A DNA stretch of 64,000 nucleotides from Dipteris shenzhenensis (lineage: Eukaryota), in the NCBI GenBank assembly GCA_047967505.1, contig CM106538.1. One strand, given 5' to 3'. A program made the position numbers and the translations under genes. Below the pieces are notes generated by a model that made no database searches, was not told where the DNA came from, and was given only the letters and a program-made list of their open reading frames with translations. Shown here in pieces: positions 22,949 to 34,985 of the stretch. Every line of letters starts with the position of its first letter. Position 1 is the stretch's first letter.

Positions 22949-25900
22949 ATGGCTATAGATTTTGTTCCAGGGATGGATGTGATTTCATGTAGCAAAAGAG
23001 AAGTAGTTGCATTTGCTACAATCCATGATAGTGATCCCAATTCAGTTTGCCACTTTCGAAGACTTGGCGAAGATAAGGTGGCAGTTACTGTATCAAAGAT
23101 TCTTAGCACACATGTTGAGCTAAAGTATAAATGTGGAGATATGGAAACACTTGGAGATGTTATGCCCTACAATACATCCAACAAATCATTTATAGCATGG
23201 GACAAAGATGAGACTTATGCAGCAGACATTATCAAGAATACAAAGTGCACCACCTTGGATTTTACTATAGGGGACATTTTACAAATGAGATCATTTCCAA
23301 ATAAGACTGTAGCAGAAGGTGAAGTATTGGGGGGTTGAACAAGTGGAGCAATGGTCATTTGCACAGATGAGGATTCGAAAAGTCACTGATGATGGTATGG
23401 TCGATAACATAACATCCTTATGTGATCCCTACTATGAGGTAGGCAAGAATATGAGATGGAGCATGCAATTTTTAAACATGAGAAAGAGGCACATGGTTTT
23501 CAATGATAAAGACAAAGTATACTACAATATCAAAGGACCTAAAAAGCGTGCCCATGTGCCAGGCTCTATCACTTCAAATGTGGATGATTTCAATATACTC
23601 AATTATAGAAGTGACATCTGGAGTGGATGAGTTCATTGGTTCCGAGAAACAAAATGATTTTAGAAGTGAAGCCTTATCTGGGGTGGATGAATTCTTGCAC
23701 AGTGAGAAGGGCAAAGGTTTCAATAGCGATGTCTTGTCAAGTGTGGATGAGTTCATGCATATTAACAAACCTGGTGTCAATCAAGCTTGTGGATTTGTGA
23801 AAGCCATGCAAGATGTCCCAATGAGTGATGTTCTCTCAGGAGTGGAAGAGTTTCAAGGTTCTCAATACTCTTGTAGAATATTGAATTCATTGAATGGTCC
23901 TAAGAGTATGTTAAAAACGAGGATGAGATCAACAGAGGATTATTCAATATTTAACTTTGATTGTGATATGGCCAAGGATGCAACGACCAATCATGGATGC
24001 TTGGTTACAAACAAATGTGAGAAGAAGAAGTGCATAAATACAGATAACAACATGCACGAGGAACGAAAACGGTCATACATATGCATGAAGAGAAAGCGAA
24101 TCCAGGCAGATCCACAAAAGCAACCAAAGAGGAAGAGAGTAATGAAGGAGGAGAACATGTTAAATGCATTGGGATATCTATGTTGCAAGCGAAGATATAT
24201 GCGCTTCATTGATCTTGCAGGCATCAGGGAATGTAGAGGGCACGTGTGGCAAAGAAGAGGAAGCAAAAGAAATGAATACCTTCTCACAAGTCTCTCTTGC
24301 TTTCTTCAGAATGGCAATAAAAGGCTAAGTTCAAGACAAAAGGTAAAACCTCTCGTAAATGGAAAAAGGATTTGCAATAAGGCATATCGCAATATTACTA
24401 GATTATCCCATTGTACATATTGGGATTTAGTCACCAAGGCAAAGGGCGGCAACAAATTTAGCATTCACGATAATAGAGGAAGGTCCAAATCAAGAATCTC
24501 AATTGTCAGGGCAGCAGCAATTTTGCAAGACTTCATACATGAAAATGCTTTATCTCAACCCCATATATCTACCAAACTCCCTAATAGTGACGCGATCACT
24601 GAAATGCACCTTGCAATGGGCTTGACAAAGCTTGAAGTATTTGACTCTATTGCAAAAAAGCAAAGGCAAAGAGGGGATGCCATAGCGTCTTCTCATACTT
24701 TGTATACTCTTTGGAAGAAGAACTTTGGATATGTTAAAATCCCAAGGAGGCAAAAAATATCAAAGTGCAATGTATGTGATGATTTAAAGCGAGCGATTGA
24801 GAGTGCAACATGTCCAAATCAAAGGGAATTATACAAAAAAAACTGAAAATCTCATCATGACCTTATTCGACATTCCAGACAAAAATATGCATTTTGGAAG
24901 GAGCAAGCTATTTCGCATCCCGAAGACTACATGTGCCTTATTGCAGATGGCATGGATCAGAATACGACAACATTACCTCATCTTGTTGCCACTCCACCTA
25001 AATTACAAGGAAAGCACTTTCTAAAGACACATCTATGTGGAGTGTTAGTGCATGGAATTAAGTTCTTTGTAGATATATGGATTGATTCCTTACATGATAG
25101 CAATCAAGTTGTAACATCTATTATGAAGGCAATTCGCAATGTACATGCAGAAAAAGGTCGCCTACCACCAACTTTGAGAATACAAGCTGATAATTGCTAG
25201 CGAGAAAATAAGAATGTACTCATGTTTGCATTCTGCTCCATGCTAGTTGCTCATCGAATCTTCAATGAGGTCGAATGTGGATTTTTGTATGTTGGGCATA
25301 CACATGAGGATATCGATCAGGTTTTTAGCACAGTCTCAAGGGAGCTTAAATGCAAGGATGTGGAGACAATAGATGACTTGGTAAGAAGATGTGGCAGGCA
25401 AGTTGGTGGTCGTAAGGAAAGTACAGTATGTGAGAGGCTCGAAAGAATGTATGATTGGAAGAGCTTCATTCTACCTTTCATACAAATGGGTGGTGATGCA
25501 TTGATAGGTCATACCAATCCACACTACTTTCGTTTTTTTTTGAAAGATGAAAAACCTGTAATGCAATGGCAACAGTATTCTCATGATACAAAATGGGAAC
25601 CTGAAGAACCTTACAGTCTCTTAACTTCAATTCCCAGCAAGGAAAGGTATCCAACATGGGCTCCTATACAAGAATTCAATGAGAGGTCTAACTGTGAAAT
25701 AGAAGGATTAAAAGCATTTATTACATACAAAGAGGAAATGTTCCAGAGATATCCTGATTCGAAGCCTACTTGGAGAGAACACACTACCACTATAATTAAC
25801 AAGACATGAAAGAAATTTAATAAAGGACCTTGAGAGAATGAGAGGCTCAAAGGATGTCAAGGAAGAATGCAATATGTTTTGGCCAAATGTTCATAACGAT

Positions 25901-26413
25901 TTGCACCCAGCTCCAGTCTTTGAAAATGAATTTGTATCATTACTCCCACGTCCATATTGTGGACCGAAGAAGAGAGAGTTTATGCCACAAGTAGATATAA
26001 AGGTCGATTGTTTTGTTGTGGTTCGGCCATCAGATGATGAATATGAGAATGTGAAGTTTTGGGTTGCAAAAGTAGTTGATGCGCAAAGAGATGACCAAGG
26101 GAGAGCTACAACATTTACAGTGGTATGGTATGAGCCAAAGGGCAGGAAGGAGAATATGGATAACAACACATTGTATACTAATTGTATAATGAAAGAGTGG
26201 GTCCCAAATGATGAAGCGGTCTCTCAAGTTTCGACGGAGACAATCATAGTGTCTTGGCATTCAAGGGCAAAGAAATCAAAGAAGCGCATGGGATATGAGG
26301 TAGAAGGAAAAATAAAAATACCATAGCAAACTATTTTGCATATACACGAATTTTTAAGGATGCTCGCCATGGAGGAAGTAGAAGGAGACAGCGCAAATGA
26401 AGAATGTCCATGA
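22949..26413 (+). pseudogene. Decayed DUF7869/Sola1-like transposase with N-terminal Tnp1/En/Spm-like domain(s) and a C-terminal SH3/Tudor-like segment
   Basis: Motifs ISKCNVC, CLIADGMDQNTTTLPH, THLCGVLVHG, PPTLRIQADNC*RENKN, FLYVGHTHEDIDQVFS, PHYFRF and FWVAKVV...VVWYEP. Frameshifts occur at ~23335, ~23625 and ~24840, and stops at 25198, 25807 and 26324. Acceptor CTACAG at 22919 precedes ATG 22949. Confidence 0.8.
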
Positions 26414-26530
26414 TTAAAGCTTTGTATTGAAGTCCATTGAAGGATTTTATTTGGGTACTAGGGAAGAAGCCAATCCAAGACAATTATAATCAGAGTCATC
26501 ACTTCCTATGTCAAATGAGAGTCAAAATAT

Positions 26531-26940
26531 GCACTGGATGTCACCCAAGGGTCAAGGCTTTTGCCAAGACAATAGGGAGTTAATGCAGATGGCACCTGGC
26601 AAGGGACTATCACATTGAGCAATAAGACAATGGGGAGTCAATGCACCCAAGGGGCAAGGCTTGGCAAGACAACTTGTGGGAGTTAATGCAGATGGCACTT
26701 GTATTTTGCACTGGATGTCACCCAAGGGTCAAGGATTGGCAAGACAATAGGGAGTTAATGCAGATGGCACCTGGCAAGGGACTATCGCATTCAGCAATAA
26801 GACAATGGGGAGTCAATGCACCCAAGGGGCAAGGCTTGGCAAGACAAATGGGAGTCAAATTATGCAGATGGCACCTGGCAAGGGACTGTCGTGACATTGA
26901 GCAATAAGACAATGGGGAGTCAAATTATGTAGATGGCATG
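26531..26940. repeat. ~178-bp tandem duplication built from shorter AAGACAA.GGGAGT.AATGCA subunits
   Basis: GCACTGGATGTCACCCAAGGGTCAAGG at ~26531 and ~26708; GCAGATGGCAC occurs 4 times. Confidence 0.85.
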
Positions 26941-27389
26941 AATTGAGGCTCTTTAAGAGCAACAATTTAAATTGTAAACATATGTTCAATCTATATCATT
27001 TTGGATATAAAGACTCTAGCTGAGAGCAATGTCTCTCAATGTAATCATATAATAATAGCTATAATTGCTATTATACCTCTTTGGTTCAATACAAACTTGG
27101 GTCTTATGGCATCATGTCTTTTTTCTATTTATTAAAAGTTTTAAAAATTTTGTGCATATTGCGAGTGACAATGTTATTTTCATGAAATATTTAAGTCTCC
27201 TTTCACGGACTTATAAATTTATCACGTCAAGGAAAAACATCAAGGAAAAATATTGAAAATAATTAAATTAACAAATAACTTAGATATAGCTAGAATTTCT
27301 AATATAGGATTATTTCAAATTCTTGCATGTTGTTGCAAAAGTATAGATTGAAAAAACAATATTTTTATGTGAATATGATAGTGCCACAA

Positions 27390-27542
27390 AGTGAACTTTT
27401 GATTTGGGAAGAATATTTTCAGAATGTAAAATTTTGATTTGGGAAGGATATTTTCACAAAGTAAAGTTTTCATTTGGGAAGGATTTTTGGGCTTCGTCCA
27501 AAAACAATAGAAAAAGTCCAAAATTAATGAAATAGGTGTTAA
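27390..27542. mobile_element. Putative right subterminal repeats/terminus of the large DUF7869-type element
   Basis: Three ~35-bp repeats TTTT(G/C)ATTTGGGAAG(G/A)AT(A)TTTT, then AAAATTAATGAAATAGGTGTTA, abutting CACTA coding sequence. The same repeat and end motif occur at 51730-52080. Confidence 0.55.
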
Positions 27543-30058
27543 CGTGGATCCTCTCTACGAGGGAGGAGGCAGTGATTAAGGTAGACATTGCCTCTTTTCA
27601 AACACCGACAGGTACATGCGTTGCATGAAAGGAGCATTTTCAAAGGACAATAAGCTTAGTGGGCTCAAGTCCCATGATTGGCAGAAGGTCTTACAGGTAT
27701 TCTAAGCTATAGAATTAGTGTACCGATAATCATGATGCGTTAGCATCATTATGATTATGTTATATTGTTGACATGACTTCTTTGTTGCTTTGATAGTTCA
27801 TCCTCCCAATTACAATAAAAGGTTGCTTACAAGAAGATGTTAGAAATGCTATATTCAAGATCAATGGTATTGTGAGGTATTCTTACTATCAAATCACATT
27901 GATTGCATTTTCTTCAATTTAACCTGAATAATCTATAGATTGATTATGAATATATCTTACATGGACATGTGAAATAGGTGGATATCTCAAAAAGAGATCT
28001 CCATATCGAGCATCGAGAAGGCTAGGGTGGAATCCATCGAAGCCATATGCTTGCTTGAGAAGCACTTTCCCTCGAGCATTATGACAACTCAAGTCCACTT
28101 GCTTGTGCACATAGTTGATGAGGTGGCTATTGTGGGTACCGTTCATAGTCGATGGATGCTTTTTCTCGAGTGGTTTATGAAAACTTTGAAGGGATTTGTA
28201 AGACAAAGAGCAAGACCAGAAGCAAGCATGGTAGAGGGATGGCTTGTGCAAGAGTCATTAGTATATATCATGGAGTTTCTTGCATCCATAGATTCTAATA
28301 TGCCGCAAGCTTGGCATAACAAGGATGATGATCGCATCGTTGGCGAGGTTCCCCAAGGAAAAGGGGTTGAAAGAAAGATGAGCGAAAAGCAGAAATTCAA
28401 TAAGTTTTGTATCCTCAATAGCCCTGAGATGCAAAAGTGGTTTGAGAGATATGAAGTGGCCAAAGCAGAAAGAATAAATGCAAGGACGAGATTAAGAGTA
28501 ATGTACAGGCGATCGCAACCATGTCCACGGGATCTGGCTCTTCTCCCCACTCACATGTCACTTGATTGGCTACAACTGGCTCTACGTAAAGCTGAACGCG
28601 ATGGAGAGACAATAAACAAGTGCGAGCGAGAGTTATCATCTGGATGTATGATGTATGTAATTTTCTTACCTCTTGACGTAATTAACTAATTATTTGTGGC
28701 AATATACGCTATAAAATAGATGCATCTTCATTGTTTTAATGATGCTCTTTTATAGTACAAAAAGTATAGTGCATTATGGTCATATGGATGACATTTTTGC
28801 GTGGAATGCATCGATTCAAAGAGAGTCACATATGATTGTGGAGTCATGGCTATCTTCACACAGGGTAGCCAAGAAAGTGCTTTGGATACCAATCTTCTCT
28901 CCTCACAGTTGGATTATTGTGGAACCATACGCGAAATCTATGAAGTTGATTTCAGACGATTTAGTATTTTCATTCTTGATGTAAAATGGTTTAGAACTAT
29001 TTACAACGGTCCCCCTGCGACAGTGAGAATAGATAGTAGCGGTTTCTTTGCAATAGACTCCACCAAACATTGGACCGATGAAAGTGATACTTTTGTTCTT
29101 CCCGAGCACTGTGAGTAGGTGCATACTAATGATTTAATTAATCGAAGCTTTTGTTTTTAAAGATCCATTGATACATGTACTTAAGCATAATTTCATATAT
29201 ATAATTGACGACATCTAGCACCCATCTTCAATATAGGTGGTTTTTCATCCAGATCGTTCTAATCCAAGATGGTGGTACGTGATCCAAGTTGCACCATGAA
29301 GTAAGCAAATTTTTGAAGATAGAGATGTGGATATGGGGATGCCACTACCAATGCTGGATCCAATTGATCCCGATGAATCTAGAAAAGAAGATGAAGATCA
29401 CAATATGAGCCAAGAGGAAGATGCACATAATGACATCACATAGAAGGAAGATGGAGATCACGATATTGAGGAAGAAGACAACGATCATCAAGAATCACCA
29501 CACTTTATTGAAGAAGATGATCAAGTACTTTTAGGTGAACGTACGATGCTAGAGTACGATGATGATATAGGATATCAACTCGGTATAGAGTTAGAGATAG
29601 ACTTGTTTGGTGCATTAGACTTGGCTCAAAATGAAACAGTTGATGTAAATGCTCTTCATTGATTTTTTTCATCTCAAACTTGGACATGAATATATGAGCT
29701 TCAAAGGCTTGATGTACATGCTCTCATACTTTTAGTCTCTCAAAAGATCAAACATGTATGAAAATTTAAAAAAATTTACCATTGGAAAAAACTAACTTTT
29801 AAGGCCTATATGAGTAAAAAAGCTCTCTGGAAAAGTCGCTATAAAATAGTATCTCAATGTCACTATATAGTGACACTTACATTTTTGACAAATGTTGCAA
29901 TATAGTGACTTTAGAAATCGTCACTGTATAGTGACATTTGCTTAAAGTCGCTATATAGTGATGCTTTACGGGATGCGCTTCCCATACCGATGATTAGCAC
30001 CCCACGCATGCTAAACGTCGGTACTTAAACATCGCAATAGCATCCGTGTGTAGTAGTG
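27543..30058 (+). mobile_element. CACTA/En-Spm transposon, 3' half (TnpD-like pseudogene with DUF4218- and DUF4216-like exons, subterminal repeats, right TIR)
   Basis: Exons read LSGLKSHDWQKVLQ|, EKHFPSSIMTTQVHLLVH...RWM...KGFVRQRARPEASMVEG and YCGTIREIYEVDF...DVKWF...FVLPEHCE, followed by an acidic tail. GTC(G/A)CTATATAGTGA repeats lie at 29835-29962, and the element ends TGTGTAGTAGTG at 30058 (reverse complement CACTACTACACA). Confidence 0.9.
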
Positions 30059-30126
30059 TCTCCAGTTTGTTGTGTACTCTCTATTCTTTGTTCAGTTTCT
30101 GTTCCACTGCACCGTGTAATTTAACA
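30059..30126 (+). mobile_element. 3' terminal fragment of an LTR (same family as 32678-33323), apparently interrupted by the CACTA element
   Basis: AGTTTG.TGTGTACTCTCTATTCTTTGTTCAGTTT...TGTAATTTAACA matches ~33257-33323. Confidence 0.8.
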
Positions 30127-30129
30127 ATA

Positions 30130-31215
30130 CATACCTCTTCTTTATCATCTCTACAACTTGCCTTATAGCATATCCCACTCCATTGATCACCTACACCACC
30201 TATCATGACATACGTTTTAATCACAATCTTTCACCTATATACTCAGCCCACCTTTACACACTTCTCACGTATATTTACTTCATACCCTTACTAGTGGACT
30301 GTGTTGCCTTGATCACCCACTCATAACATGAGGTTGCCCTTCACGCTTTGTCTCACGCCACTCGCTCCACTCGTACACCACCACCTACATGAGGCTGCCC
30401 TTCACGCTTTGTCTCATGCCACTTGCTCCACTCATACACCACCACCTTGGACCGTACCTTGTAATAGCTGGTACAATGATGAGTGCAAGGCTTTACACCA
30501 TCAGCTCAGATTCAAAACCAAAAACAACCTTCCAAATAAACTGGAGATGATACGCCAATATCATCAATTGGTACATAGGAAGAAGCTAGATTTCATTAGC
30601 CAGAACGAGAAGGAACTATTGGGCATTTTGTTAAGTAACAAATCTAAGTACTTTTTGCAGAGATTTCTAGAGGGGCGGTCCCTCTCACCACTGATAGACA
30701 CTCAAATCTAGTATAACTATGCACGCACGCTCTACAATATCCCAAATCAGCCAATTCCTAACTTTCACATAACCCCTTTAGGGGATACACTTCATTGGTC
30801 AGATTCAAAAGGCAATGCTTCTGCTCACACTTTCAGGATCTGTGGACCAAGGGATTGTTGTTTGAATCCTGGGTCCACGTAAGCCCTCACCACATCAAAC
30901 TAGGTTTAGGTCATCTCCACTATAGCTAGATGCAGCATTTTAGGTTATCACCTACCTATACTGGGTCAGAGGGTATGGGGATTGCACTTTTGGGCACATA
31001 GCAAATTACCATGGCTAGCATTGTCCTCTTCTATGGCACTATCAGCGTCCGTGACCAAATATGTTGATATGCATGCAGAGAGAGATGGTTTGAGAAACTA
31101 GGGCTACACATGGATATACTCCCTCCCTTCTAGTATAGCATTGACCTGTCCTTTTCTCCTCCCCTATCACACGAGGTCAACCAGGTCATCCACAAGGATT
31201 GTTTTACAGCTACAC
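30130..31215 (+). mobile_element. Degenerate non-LTR retrotransposon (LINE) ORF2 remnant
   Basis: ORF 30328-30711 PCNSWYNDECKAL...YHQLVHRKKLDF resembles the W-x-x-x-x-C linker between the LINE endonuclease and RT; the RT core is missing. Confidence 0.55.
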
Positions 31216-32665
31216 ACATTGTGGACCTATGTCAACCAATTGGTTAACAATATGCCACCACTGGTTAGTGTTGTCATTTGATGGATAGTGACAAGTCCAT
31301 AGAGATAGGATTGTGCCTTGGATCCAAATAGACCCAAGATGGTTGTAAAATAATGAGTAAAGAGAGTGGTATAAAGGTAATATGGTTGGCCCTCCCTTTA
31401 AAAGGTAACATGTATAAAAGCCCAGGTGGTTGAGTTTGGTCTTCATTGTTGGATGCTCAATTTTGGAATACAAGCTCCCTCTTCTCTTCCAAGAGTGTTT
31501 CTAGGTGTTCTCTTGTTTCCTTTGTAGTGCCTTTGTGTTTGACACTCCATTCCCATTCATTCTCTTCTTCTCCTCCTCTTCTCCCTATCATCTCCCATCT
31601 GCCCTTTCCCTCTTTCTCTCGTGGAAACACATTGTAACAGTCCAAGAGCAAGGAAAAAATTAGGGGCGAATTTTAGCCCAAGGGCTAATTTGGAGGCTTT
31701 CCCAAGTTGGTTGGGCTAATATTTTGAGCTTTAATTTTGATAAATTAGCCCAAAAACAAAGGTGGGCTAATTTTTAGAGCCTCAAATTTGATAAATTCAT
31801 CATAAAATCGATAGCAGGGCTAATATTTATAACTCTATATGGGGAAAGATTCACCCATTGACCTATATGTCATAATCTTGTTCCCTCCTTATATTTTACC
31901 CTGTCCAAGAGCCGCTTGAGTGACACTTGCAGATGGATCGTGCTTTGCATCATTTCTCTCACAAGGAGTAGCTTGGAGTGGAGGATCCATTGGCATTCCT
32001 TCAAGATCTCCATGACACTTGAGTCACCATCGAGACAACACAACCTGGTTGGGACCAAGCCTCTTTACCATTCTCCATGTTGCAAAGATGTTTTACTAGA
32101 CTAAGCAAACCCCCCTCTAAAAGATAGCATGCTTGGTGTGACACACCACTGCTTGCCATTGGTTGGACCGCCTGTAATCACTTGAACCTCAATTGCAAGT
32201 GTTGCTTGATCCAGAGTTGCACTGCAGGTATCACTTGATGTTATCTAGAATTGTGCTCCTATATCACCTCCTTGACTGCACTCCTATTGGCCTTAACTTG
32301 AGGACCGATATGTTTCCTTAGATATCTTTTCACTGGGTCCTCATGATAATGGATTAGGTGCTAGTATCAGCTGTTTCTCAAACGTTGAAGCTTGGGGGTT
32401 GACTCCATGGGGATACCATGCAGGATGTCAGTGTCATTGCAGTGATGGAGCGAAGTGGGCTCCTGGAGTAGAGGATCCAGCTTCATCTGTGGGTGGAGAT
32501 TGGGGATACCGTCATGGGGGGAAAAAAATTTCATGGGTGATGAGGAGTCCATGGATACAACAAACTAAAATCTAGGGGTGGCCTCTCCGGGTGGTGAGCC
32601 AGTCTAGCATTCAAATCTTGTCACAAAGTATTCATGCGGATTGGAAATACCAAGTCTCGATTCAA

Positions 32666-33323
32666 ATTGAGGGGGGGTGTTAGATATGCTCAATGCCCCA
32701 CCCTCCTGGTAACCACAAGTGGTCCAAGGTGCTCAAGTTGTAAGGGCCCCATATGAGGAGAAGCCATGTGTGAGCCCAAGACACTGGATGGATCTTGACT
32801 TGCATGTCAGATGAGGTCTATCAATGAGACTGTTCATGGTAGAAAGGTGATTGTGTGGGAGCCCCTTATTCTTGCTAGGGCCTGGGGGGTCCCAGGGGGG
32901 CCAGCAGCCCCTTGGTGGGGGTTCAAGTGCAAGAGCCCCTGAGGCGATGGTATAGGAAATATTCCCTAAATATTCCATGGACAACTAGTCAGTTCCACCA
33001 ACTAGGTCGATTCGTTGGCTTCATCAACTAGGTCGATTCCACCGACTACGTTGATTTGAATACCACCCTCATAGCTATAAAGAGGTGACCTCCCTAGTAC
33101 ATTGCACCAGATCAGATCTTCCAGTAGAGATCTTCTAGCTAGTAGCTCTTCACCTAGTATCTGTCTAGATCACCATCTAAGCTCCACTATGGGAGTGCAT
33201 GGGTGGACAGAGCCATCATCTGTACTACATCAGTATTGAAGGAAAATTTTGTTCATCTCTAGTTTGCTGTGTACTCTCTATTCTTTGTTCAGTTTTTATT
33301 CCGCTGTGCCTTGTAATTTAACA
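32666..33323 (+). mobile_element. PPT + 3' LTR (32678-33323) of a copia-like element whose internal region is lost
   Basis: ATTGAGGGGGGG is followed by TGTTAGATATG ... TTTAACA, with TATAAAG inside. It shares TTGTAAG..CCCCATATGAGGAGAAG with the LTR at 44684. Confidence 0.8.
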
Positions 33324-34985
33324 TCACGTACTTGCAAAAACAAGTGTGACTCACTCCTGCCATTTAGTCAGAGGTTCCTTGCACAAATCTTGGATATTGT
33401 TGTGCTTTGTTGATGCCTCAAAAACATGGCTACTCAATAACTTCTTCAATTCCCTAAAAGTATACACGAAGTAGGATGGCATCTCGAGCATAAAAGACTT
33501 GGGGAGTTGACCGATGCAGGCAACAATCACCGTTCCTTAGTCTTGAAAATTTGTGCGGGTGCATTGCTCGCTTCTCAACAAGATGATTGAAGGCCTTTAT
33601 GGATCAATCATAAATAGATATGATGGGTTGTACCATCCCCAAGATGCCCTAATGTAAAGATTGTGGGAGAATAGGGTTAAATTCTATCTCATGAATTTCC
33701 TGCCATGCTTGATTTGAAATAGGAAAAAATTCTAGACCGGGTACTCAATGAACCTTCTTTAGATAGTGGCGTGTCATTGGGAAGATCTTGTATTGGCAAA
33801 ATTGTCTCTGCATAAAAAATGCGCTCGGATGTTTAAATCCCCATTCACAATTGTTGTCTCCCAAAAATGATACTTGCACTGTTGCCTTTGCAAAATTGCT
33901 GCAAGTCTAATTTCTCACATCCTTTGATTCAAATCAGTCCACTAGATCAAGCAACAGTAGTGCTGCGGCCATTGCTTCCTCTACTTCTTTGGTGCGATAG
34001 GTGCCTCCACTTTCTATAGGCTTTGGCTCCAAGGTACCTATTTGAATATTGTCCTGAGACAATTGTGGCACATACCAACTTGTCCTATTGTTGAGTCATC
34101 ATTACTTGGTGGTTGTCTACTGGCAAATATATGGGAAGCTTGTTAGGTGCTTGGAGGAGCTAGATAAGAGATTGACATTGAGCATACTGTTCAATTTGGC
34201 TTGCAACCAATCATTCTCCTCCCTTAGGTTGTTAGTGTCTGTAGCTACCTAATCAAGCTCAGTGTTCTCTATCTACACTGCTTCCATCTGATTTTGGGCC
34301 GCTTGGAGTGACTTTGGGTCAACCGTTGTCTATTGCATTCTTGTCGACCTATCTTGGGTATTTATGGTGGTTGCTATAGTATAAATACCAACTTATTTTG
34401 GGATTTGGTAGTAATTCTTCGTAGTCTTTCCACGTCACACTTGAGGTTGACAGTTCATTTGTAGATCGGTATGATTTTGACTCAACAAGGAATTGTTCTA
34501 GAGCAATTCATCATGCATTGCCATTTTGCGATCAAGATGCTCCTGTAAACTCTTGCACTCGGCTTTGAGATCCATGTTCGCTCGCCTTAGTTTTGTTGTT
34601 TGGGACCATGCCAACTCCTTGTTGCACTACACTTAAAGACAAATTATGGTCTAGAACTTGGGGAAGGAACTAGCAGTTGGCTAAGTAATTAAGGGCTTGA
34701 GTTACATGGACCATGTTCTCCCTTAGAATCTACCATTGTGACATGGTGGCATTCCAATCTTGGTGATTGTACTCTGTCAGCAAGGGGTCCAGGGAGAATG
34801 GCTCAAGGATAGATAAGCCTCATAAATCAAAAGGAGTCGAGGGAAGTGAGATGGCACTCACCAGCGTGTCCATTACTACACCGCCAGTCTTCTACTTGGG
34901 TTGCTGATACTACTTGGCAGGTGTCTCCTATGGCTACTTAGTGTCTCCCTCATCTATCCCATTTGTAGAATTTTCAACTACCAAT

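Noticed and set aside
31220-31830. Possible TG...CA LTR (31220-31631) followed by GGGCTAAT/TAGCCC repeats
   Set aside because: There is no partner LTR, canonical PBS or TSD in the window, so it cannot be supported.
31870-34980. Coding-like decayed sequence around the 32678 LTR (also 37855-38640 and 55080-55570)
   Set aside because: Probably old retroelement remnants, but no diagnostic motif could be read confidently.
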